Part shown: positions 28,187-35,487 of the stretch, piece by piece
Numbering within the stretch: the first letter of the stretch is position 1
How the letters are laid out: each line of letters opens with the position of its first letter
DNA from: Leidyana gryllorum EB-2025a
Lineage: Eukaryota > Protista > Apicomplexa
Length of the DNA stretch: 35,487 nucleotides
Direction of reading: 5' to 3'
Assembly (NCBI GenBank): GCA_048772705.1
Contig: JBLWGC010000181.1
Location: forward strand, 1-35,487
The notes under the pieces: generated by a model
The model's input: only the letters and a program-made list of their open reading frames with translations
The model's database searches: none
Told to the model about the DNA's origin: nothing
Translations under genes and position numbers: made by a program

Positions 28187-28788
28187 TGTTGTAACCCCAA
28201 GTCGCTACTCCAGGGGAACGAGGCCCAGTTCTCATCTCTGCATACTTTCGACCACAAGTCAGACTTAGAACCAAGTTAGTATTTTTGCCGACAAGTCTAC
28301 CACGAATATGTCGCACACGACGGCGCAAAACAAGAACTACGACTTGTTGTACCAAGTGCAAAAGTTATCTTAGGCCGCCTCTTGCCTAGTCCAACTCTGA
28401 CTTAGCCAACTTTGCTTGCGTGTGTCTCTCGCTCTGGTGTCCCTCTCACTCCACCCATGTGCCAGTCGCTCGCACTCTTGCGGAGCCTCGCGCTGGACAC
28501 ACACGGTAGTTCTCCCCGACACCACACTCTGATCATTCATGTGAGTGTCTGCACAGTTACACTGTCGCAGAGAGCTCGGACCACTAGGGTGCATTTGCCT
28601 TTACGCTTTAGTAGTGGTTGCTTTACGTTCGTTAATAATGCCTTTTCACCATCTTATACATGCCCCTATATAAGTGCCAAATATGTAGGGAAGTATCCAG
28701 ATGGATGTTAATTCGGTTGGAAATTTCACCAAGTCGAATCTGGCCACCCGATAGGAAGTTGACCATCAGGCAAACACGAACTACAACA
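28187..28788 (-). repeat. 3' LTR (602 bp)
   Basis: TGTTGTA...TACAACA termini; direct repeat of 34884-35485. Confidence 0.95.
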
Positions 28789-28802
28789 CACGCCCCCTCC
28801 TC
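28789..28802 (-). other. Polypurine tract
   Basis: Minus strand GAGGAGGGGGCGTG directly before the 3' LTR. Confidence 0.8.
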
Positions 28803-28825
28803 GGGAAAGGCATCGTCCCTGATGA

Positions 28826-31800
28826 CTAAGAGAATAGCCTTTGTCTCTTGTTAGGGAGATATACTACTTGCGTCAAAGGTCTATGCCTGCGTCGGGTCCT
28901 TGTGCCCCTTGCGGCTCTCTCGGCATGCCACTTTTCTTCATACTCCCGCAGCAGCTCGGGGTATGCGTGAAGTCTTTCACGGGGTACCCACGTCAAGTCC
29001 TTCCAGGTCCGGCCTTGCCACTTGACTTGGTAGTGCTGATCCCGTTGACGAAACTTGACGATCTTCCGAGGTACAGAAGACTGGGTCTCAGCTCTTGCCG
29101 GTGGTCTCAAGGTAGCCTCAGGTACTACCGGTGGTCTTGACGAAACCAGCGGTGCGTCATCGTCTTCGTCTAATGACACGGCACGCGGCGGCGACCGTAT
29201 TCTGGGCGCTGTCGCTTCGGCTGGAGGCATTTCCTCTATAGTGGTTGGCAGAATCTCTGGCGTCTCAGCCGGGAAGGGAGTGCCTTGGCCCATCTCTCCT
29301 TCTGGCTGCCTAGTCGCGGACGTAGAGGTAACGGGACCCACAGGAACGCAAATACTGATTCCGGAGCCTTCGCTACTTACACTCTCACGACGTCTCTGGG
29401 TCGTTGCCTCGGTACTTGTAGGAATCGTACAAGTCCGGTCTTCCTTAGGCTGGATCCATGTGTCCACACCAACAGGTAAGACTCGATTCACGTTTACGCG
29501 ATCGAAAGCCGACTGAGACCCTTCCACTCTACACCAGGATCCGTCTTTAGACGTTTCCACCACTTTCTTTGGTGCACTCCACTTAGGCGATAGCTTCCGT
29601 GACGGGAAGTCGGTAAGTTCATAGTCACTTAACCGAACTAGCACCCATTGCCCCACATTCACGTTCTTCTCACGAGCCGACTTGTCGTACTGAGACTTCA
29701 TTTTCTCATAGTACTTTTCCAGACTTTGTCGTGCTCGGTGAGTGGCGTCATCGATAATCTGGCGTAACTCCTTGGCATACTTTTCTCCCGTGGTATGAGG
29801 TCGGGTATTTCTCTCCCCCCCTCCGGGTAAGTGTGGTTGCCGTCCTCGGTTCAGTACAAAGGGTGACATTCCGAGTGCTCGGTGGTCGGTAATGTTATAC
29901 CCGAACTGAATACCGGGGAGATAGGAATCCCAGTTATTTGCCGTAAAACCGGTTAACGTGGCCAACGACTTATTGAGCGTGCGCATAAACCGTTCTGCAT
30001 AACCGTCGCCTTGCGGGTAATACGCAGTGGAGAAGATCTTTTTAATGCCAAAATGTGAGCATAAGTGATCTACCAACTTGGCGCGGAAACTGGGTCCATT
30101 GTCCGATAAGAGTCTTCTTGGACACCCATGATTGCAGATAATATGCTTGTTAAAAGCATTAATGACGGTTATGGCCTCTTGATTGCGCGTAGGCACTAAC
30201 TCAACCCACTTAGTGAATTGGTCAACGAATACCAGGACATACTTGTACCCATTTGACTCAGGGTAAGGCGCGCAGAAATCCATGGCGACAGTCCCCCATG
30301 GTTCTGTTGGTACTTCTGACTTCATAGGGCCGTGTGGTTGTTGAGGTTTCCGTCTTTGGCATAGTACGCACTTTTCTAAGATTTGTCTTATCTTAGGTAT
30401 CGTTAGGCTCGATACATATATTTGTGCGACCATGTGGCGTATTCGGTTAGGTCCGAAATGCGCGCCAACCGGGCCTTCGTGTATAGCGCGTACAACACGT
30501 TCCCATAGTTTCTCGGGAAGCCACGGTCTCCAACGGAAGCCATCGTCGACTCCTATCAGTCCGTCAACCATGTATACTCCTTTACTTTTTGTAAAGTTGT
30601 TGGATATTCCCTCGTCTTGTTGTTCATGGTACAGTTCCGCTTCAGAGGGTAATTCCAACTTGGTGGGGAGTATGGCGTAAATCATGTGATCCTCCATGCA
30701 CTCAGAGTCAGCGAATGTGCGAGTGAAGGCATCAACATTAGAGTGAGATTTACCCGATCGGTGGCGTATTTCGAACGGAGTAAACTCTGCCAGCGCAAGT
30801 GCCCATCGTTGCAAACGGCCGGTTCGTGCCTTAAACAACCATTGTGGACTTTCGTGGTCCGACCGAACGTAAAACTTGGAACCGAGGATGTATGTGCGGA
30901 ACTTCTGTAGCGCTTCTTTTATAGCCAATGCCTCTTTTTCCCTTATATGCCATCGTGACTCGGCAGGTGAGAACTTGCGCGACTCAAAGACAATGGGTCG
31001 GTCGCCTCTACCGTCACCAAAGTCTTGACTGAGTACTGCTGCCAGGCCGATTTCAGATGCATCACAGTCCACAATGAATTCTCGGGAAAAGTCAGGGTAT
31101 GCTAGGACCACATCTCCACTGACCAAGGCTTTCTTAAGCGTATTGAAGGCGTTCTCGCACTCCGGGGTCCAATTAAACGCGCCCTTTTTCAGTAGGTCCG
31201 TAAGCGGGGCACTTATTTCAGCATGGCCTTTTATGAACCTTCTGTAATACCCTGAAAGCCCAAGGAATGCTCTGACTTCCTTTGAGTCTTTCGGTCGAGG
31301 GAACTTGTTGACTTTTTCTAACTTCTTTGGGTCTGTACGCACTCCATCCGCAGTTACTATATGTCCGAGAAATTCAATTTCGGACTTCAAGAACTCGCAC
31401 TTCGCCGGTTTTAACAGTAACCCAGCTCCGTGACAAGTCTCGAATACTTCCCTCAAGTGTCGTACATGATCCTCAAAGGTCTTAGAGTAAATTAGTATAT
31501 CGTCTAAGTAGCAGACGACAAAGTCAAACAACATAGGACCCAAGACTTTTTGCATCATCCGCTGGTACGTAGCGGGGGCATTACAGAGGCCAAAGGGCAT
31601 GACCAACCACTCGAACTGTCCTTCAGCGCAGATAAAGGATGTTTTGTGTATATCCTGTTCTGCCATCGGGATTTGCCAATAACCAGCGGCAGCATCCAGG
31701 GATGAGAAGTACTTTGCTCCTCTAAAGACCGAGAGTAAGTCGTCAATTCTAGGTAAGGGGTGGCGATCCTTCCTAGTGACGTCGTTTAATTTACGATAGT

Positions 31801-32527
31801 CAATACAAAAGCGTATTGATCCATCTTTCTTTGGCACTAATGTCACCGGGCTGGCCCACGCCGATGAACATGGCCGTATTGCTCCTTGTTTGAGCATGCT
31901 CTCGACTTGTGTCTTTATGACTTCCCTTTCCGCTGGGCTGGTGCGTCGCAGTGGTATTCGTACAGGTGCTGCGAGTCCTGTATCGATTTCGTGCTCCCAA
32001 CCGACGGCCCGACCAAAGGGTCGTTCATCCGTAATAAAGTAATCCGGTTTGCATAGGGCTTCAATTATAGCCTTTTGCTTCGCCGGTAAGTTCGGTGGAA
32101 ACCGGATGGTGACACTTAACCCAGGTTCAACTTGGTCAACCATCAATACCTCGTATTTTCCTTGAAGTCGTACGAGTCCCCTTTTGACGTCGGGTACTAC
32201 ATCGTACTTCTTCAGGAAATCGCAACCCAGAATCACATCGGCACCAGTATTTGCCAAGATGTGGAATTCTGCTTTTCCTTCAAGTCCGCCTATCTTGAAA
32301 GGAACTTCTACCAGCTGGGTAACCTGGCAGGTACGGTCTTTCACTGCCAAACCGACAGTAAAGGGTTTACAGGCGCGCCTCTTTAGTTTCAATCGGTTTG
32401 CCAGAGCCTCATTAATGTATGAGTCTGATGCCCCCGAATCCACTAACGCCTTTACCACTTCACTCTGAGTCGGATGACTTAGTGAAAATGCAACCGTCGC
32501 GACTCCTGAGCCGGCCACTGCGATCAA
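28826..32527 (-). CDS. pol: Pol polyprotein (protease, RT, RNase H, integrase, chromodomain), probably made as a Gag-Pol -1 frameshift fusion
   Basis: Protease ALVDSGA; RT MPFGL and YLDD; RNase H DAS/EKE/SDH; integrase HHCC and MDF/SDNG/AERF; chromodomain YQVKWQG...TWVP. Confidence 0.96.
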   Translation of the reverse strand: MIAVAGSGVATVAFSLSHPTQSEVVKALVDSGASDSYINEALANRLKLKRRACKPFTVGLAVKDRTCQVTQLVEVPFKIGGLEGKAEFHILANTGADVILGCDFLKKYDVVPDVKRGLVRLQGKYEVLMVDQVEPGLSVTIRFPPNLPAKQKAIIEALCKPDYFITDERPFGRAVGWEHEIDTGLAAPVRIPLRRTSPAEREVIKTQVESMLKQGAIRPCSSAWASPVTLVPKKDGSIRFCIDYRKLNDVTRKDRHPLPRIDDLLSVFRGAKYFSSLDAAAGYWQIPMAEQDIHKTSFICAEGQFEWLVMPFGLCNAPATYQRMMQKVLGPMLFDFVVCYLDDILIYSKTFEDHVRHLREVFETCHGAGLLLKPAKCEFLKSEIEFLGHIVTADGVRTDPKKLEKVNKFPRPKDSKEVRAFLGLSGYYRRFIKGHAEISAPLTDLLKKGAFNWTPECENAFNTLKKALVSGDVVLAYPDFSREFIVDCDASEIGLAAVLSQDFGDGRGDRPIVFESRKFSPAESRWHIREKEALAIKEALQKFRTYILGSKFYVRSDHESPQWLFKARTGRLQRWALALAEFTPFEIRHRSGKSHSNVDAFTRTFADSECMEDHMIYAILPTKLELPSEAELYHEQQDEGISNNFTKSKGVYMVDGLIGVDDGFRWRPWLPEKLWERVVRAIHEGPVGAHFGPNRIRHMVAQIYVSSLTIPKIRQILEKCVLCQRRKPQQPHGPMKSEVPTEPWGTVAMDFCAPYPESNGYKYVLVFVDQFTKWVELVPTRNQEAITVINAFNKHIICNHGCPRRLLSDNGPSFRAKLVDHLCSHFGIKKIFSTAYYPQGDGYAERFMRTLNKSLATLTGFTANNWDSYLPGIQFGYNITDHRALGMSPFVLNRGRQPHLPGGGERNTRPHTTGEKYAKELRQIIDDATHRARQSLEKYYEKMKSQYDKSAREKNVNVGQWVLVRLSDYELTDFPSRKLSPKWSAPKKVVETSKDGSWCRVEGSQSAFDRVNVNRVLPVGVDTWIQPKEDRTCTIPTSTEATTQRRRESVSSEGSGISICVPVGPVTSTSATRQPEGEMGQGTPFPAETPEILPTTIEEMPPAEATAPRIRSPPRAVSLDEDDDAPLVSSRPPVVPEATLRPPARAETQSSVPRKIVKFRQRDQHYQVKWQGRTWKDLTWVPRERLHAYPELLREYEEKWHAERAARGTRTRRRHRPLTQVVYLPNKRQRLFS

Positions 32528-33747
32528 CCTTGGCTCTCTGGATTGGAGTTGGGCCGAAAAGGGGTCCTCTTGCGGTTGCCACCTTTCTTAACTGGCCTTT
32601 CCTCAGCTGCCTTTTTGCGGCATACACTCTCAAAGTGATTATTGCCTTGGCAAAAGTGGCATTGTTTACCACGTGCTGGGCACTCCTTTCCTTGGCATCG
32701 CGTACCACACCTCGAACACCTCCCATCTGACAAGTTGGTGTCTTTGCCTTGCCGACTTCTGGGGGCCACCTTTGTGTATTGGCGAACATTATTCACAGGC
32801 CTGGCTTGCTCGAGTACTTGGCATAATACTCGACATAGCCTATCCGTAGAGTCAGTAGCTTCGTGACCTTGCCCTTTTGCGAGGGTCGGAACACTAGGCC
32901 TTACTTCCTCCGTTTGCTCATGGCCTCTTGCTGTGTGGTCAGTTCCTCCCAGGGTAGGCATATAGGCAAGTACCCCTTCTTCTGGCGATTTCTCCGGAGC
33001 GAAGTCCATCAAGTAAGTGAGTGGATCTTCCTTTTCATTTGCCGATCGGTGCTGGCGACTTAGTATTATTCTGATCGGTTCCGGGAAAGCCATCATGAAG
33101 GGTTCCACCAATTGTCGGCGGGTCCACGCTGGAACACCCCTTATTTCCGCAGCTCGGTTGTAAAGCACCATGTAACGATCCAACTGTTCCATGACATCAA
33201 CGCGATTGTCACCTTTCACCGTATGGATTTTTCCCAGGAAGTACCCCAACGGCTCCACGGGTCCGTGCTCTTCAAGTACCGCCTTACGTAACTCCGCATA
33301 TGTTGGCTGATCGGAGTACTTAGTCTTTATGGCGACTGGCACTTTCTCACATGCCGCGAAGGCTGCTATTTCCAGTCCTTCCGGAACCCCGCTGGCCTTG
33401 ATTCGTTGCTCGAAGTCTACGAACCATTGGTCGATTGAGCCTGGTCTACTCAATGACAACATAGGGAGGTCATTATACTTGACCGTAGGGAGCCTCCTGG
33501 TTTCTTGGCGTTCTGTACGGTCTGGGCGTTCCGTACGAGCGAGCATAGCAACCTCTGTATGTTGCTGGAGGCGCTGAGTATACTCGCGGCGCTCTGTTTC
33601 CAACCGCTCCATAACCAATTGCTGCGAGCGCACCATTTCCATCATGAGTGTCATCATGTGGCGGGCGTCAATAGGGGTTTCCGCAGGCTGTTCCGTATTG
33701 CGAGGAGACGCGGTATGCGAAGTGGCTTGCTCTTGGTTGGCAGACAT
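32524..33747 (-). CDS. gag: Gag protein
   Basis: 407-aa ATG ORF upstream of pol with C-terminal CX2CX4HX4C knuckle (CHFCQGNNHFESVC). Confidence 0.92.
   Translation of the reverse strand: MSANQEQATSHTASPRNTEQPAETPIDARHMMTLMMEMVRSQQLVMERLETERREYTQRLQQHTEVAMLARTERPDRTERQETRRLPTVKYNDLPMLSLSRPGSIDQWFVDFEQRIKASGVPEGLEIAAFAACEKVPVAIKTKYSDQPTYAELRKAVLEEHGPVEPLGYFLGKIHTVKGDNRVDVMEQLDRYMVLYNRAAEIRGVPAWTRRQLVEPFMMAFPEPIRIILSRQHRSANEKEDPLTYLMDFAPEKSPEEGVLAYMPTLGGTDHTARGHEQTEEVRPSVPTLAKGQGHEATDSTDRLCRVLCQVLEQARPVNNVRQYTKVAPRSRQGKDTNLSDGRCSRCGTRCQGKECPARGKQCHFCQGNNHFESVCRKKAAEERPVKKGGNRKRTPFRPNSNPESQG
32557..32563 (-). promoter_or_regulatory. -1 ribosomal frameshift slippery heptamer C CCU UUU
   Basis: X XXY YYZ in gag frame, inside the ~60-nt gag/pol overlap. 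Confidence 0.75.
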
Positions 33748-34868
33748 ATTTACTTAGTAAGTAAAGAGTAACTTCACAACGAATGCTTAAGCAGTGATGG
33801 ATGCTCAACAACGAATGCTTAGTGAATTGCAGTTGAATTCTTTTTATTCATACTGCTTTGTGTGCGTGTCTCTGCGAGACAGCAACATTGGCGCCTCTTA
33901 CGAGTGCTGCCTTTTTGTAGAACGTTTTAGTAAACGTAGACGACGCTTCACGTCAGCACTTGAGTCGTTTTTCATTGGGCGAGGACTTATGTCCTTACTT
34001 ACATAACACCGACACAGATGTTACCCGTATAACGACTTTACTTCATGCTGAGACGCGTAGTGCGCCGGTGGTTCCCATTAGACCACCCTTGACAGTTGCT
34101 AGAGCTCGCCGGTTCCGGAGTTGGCGCTCCTTCACCGGTTCCCCACTGGTGCACCCAGGATGCCCTAGCCCTTCCAAGTTCACCTTTCTGGATGTTCGGC
34201 GGCTACAGAAGCACACACCTACTTGCCGCTAAGCAGGTACCGGTCGGTACACATACACTTAGAGGCCCCAGTTCGGATTCCAAGAGGAACTAGGCTCCCT
34301 CTCAAGTTGAGCCAAACTAGCATACTGCGCGTTGCCAAACCCTTCGACTCCCAGCAAAGAAAAGGGGTTTGTTACAACGACTCCCCGGCTCGCCGGGTTG
34401 ACTGATCGCACTGTAGGTTCTCTACAGCCAGCCTTTTAACAGATTTCGGACTTAAGTCCCCGCGACTCTGCGTACGTTCAATGTTCGCTACTAGGCCTGC
34501 CTGCCTTTCACTGAACACTCGCTGTCCTTAAAGGTACAGCTATGAGCCGAGGCTTTTAGTCCTACAGCCACATGTCGACTCCTGCTCCGGCTTATGCCCG
34601 GACGTCCCCCCTCCTTCTGGGAACTGGTGCTCCGTCACCTGACCATTTCATGTTTGAACTTAGAACAAAATGAAGGTAACTTAGCCTAAACCAGCTTTCC
34701 GAACCCCAGGGTGATGGGTTTCCGACTTAGCAGGATTCGCGATCCGCTCGCCTGGCGGTCCGCGCGACTTAGCGGATTTTTCGTTGGCCGTCCCGGCGCC
34801 TCTTCCGTGACGATCCCACGATCCTCTCCGTGTGGCTGCTTGTGTGGCGATTTCTGCACAAGATGGCG

Positions 34869-34881
34869 GGCCGAGGCACCA
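34869..34881 (-). other. Primer-binding site complementary to tRNA-Phe 3' end
   Basis: TGGTGCCTCGGCC 2 nt inside the 5' LTR; 13/13 match to Phe ...GGCCGAGGCA+CCA. Confidence 0.9.
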
Positions 34882-34883
34882 CG

Positions 34884-35485
34884 TGTTGTAACCCCAAGTC
34901 GCTACTCAAGGGGAACGAGGCCCAGTTCTCATCCCTGCATACTTTCGACCACAAGTCAGACTTAGAACCAAGTTAGTATTTTTGCCGACAAGTCTACCAC
35001 GAATATGTCGCACACGACGGCGCAAAACAAGAACTACGACTTGTTGTACCAAGTGCAAAAGTTATCTTAGGCCGCCTCTTGCCTAGTCCAACTCTGACTT
35101 AGCCAACTTTGCTTGCGTGTGTGTCTCGCTCTGGTGTCTATCTCACTCCACCCATGTGCCAGTCGCTCGCACTCTTGCGGAGCCTCGCGCTGGACACACA
35201 CGGTAGTTCTCCCCGACACCACACTCTGATCATTCATGCGAGTGTCTGCACAGTTACACTGTCGCAGAGAGCTCAGACCACTAGGGCGCATTAGCCTTTA
35301 CGCTTTGGTAGTAGTTGCTTTACGTTCGTTAATACTGCCTTTTCACCATCTTATACATGCCCCTATATAAGTGCCAAATATGTAGGGAAGTATCCAGATG
35401 GATGTTAATTCGATTGGAAATTTCATAAAGTCGAATTTGGCCACCCGATAGGAAGTTGACCATCAGGCAAACACGAACTACAACA
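34884..35485 (-). repeat. 5' LTR (602 bp)
   Basis: TG...CA termini with 7-bp inverted repeats; about 16 substitutions versus the 3' LTR. Confidence 0.95.
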
Positions 35486-35487
35486 GT

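Larger units (their letters stand above)
28187..35485 (-). mobile_element. Full-length Ty3/Gypsy (chromovirus) LTR retrotransposon
   Basis: Two LTRs, PBS, PPT, gag and pol in PR-RT-RH-IN order with C-terminal chromodomain; probable TSD GTTAC. Confidence 0.97.

Noticed and set aside
42-28268. Many 60-156 aa ORFs across the tRNA array
   Set aside because: They are translations of tRNA genes and spacers on both strands; recurring peptides reflect DNA repeats, with no protein motifs
28841-33771. Plus-strand ORFs antisense to gag/pol, e.g. 29055-29516
   Set aside because: Shadow ORFs of the coding strand with no independent features
33794-34965. env-like or accessory ORF in the leader or LTRs
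   Set aside because: Only short, mostly antisense ORFs; pol ends about 40 bp before the 3' LTR, leaving no room for env
35363-35370. TATATA in the LTR as the element promoter
   Set aside because: Plausible position, but the motif is palindromic and has no transcript support
1-35487. Assignment to a specific organism such as a gregarine or other apicomplexan
   Set aside because: Compatible with the tRNA style and chromovirus, but cannot be supported without a database search

Overview
Eukaryotic genomic DNA, probably from a protist, in two parts. (1) 1-28186 is an extremely dense tRNA gene array. By manual count it holds about 100 full-length tRNA genes or variants and roughly 50-60 decayed pseudogenes or fragments, on both strands. 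All 20 amino acids and about 38 anticodons are represented. The genes are eukaryotic in type: no encoded CCA, A34 isoacceptors, an A54 initiator Met and an intron in Tyr. The array is built from multi-gene cassettes duplicated, inverted and reshuffled, with crossovers inside tRNA genes. It includes anticodon-switched genes (Met-type body with GCT, Trp body with ACA, Lys body with TTC) and a tRNA-Tyr with a 7-nt intron. (2) 28187-35485 is a complete minus-strand Ty3/Gypsy chromovirus LTR retrotransposon: 602-bp LTRs, gag, pol (PR-RT-RH-IN-chromodomain), a -1 slippery site and a PPT. It is inserted into a tRNA-Tyr pseudogene, and its primer-binding site matches the 3' end of the array's own tRNA-Phe. 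The short ORFs across the array are spurious. All calls were made by eye; no database or covariance-model searches were run.
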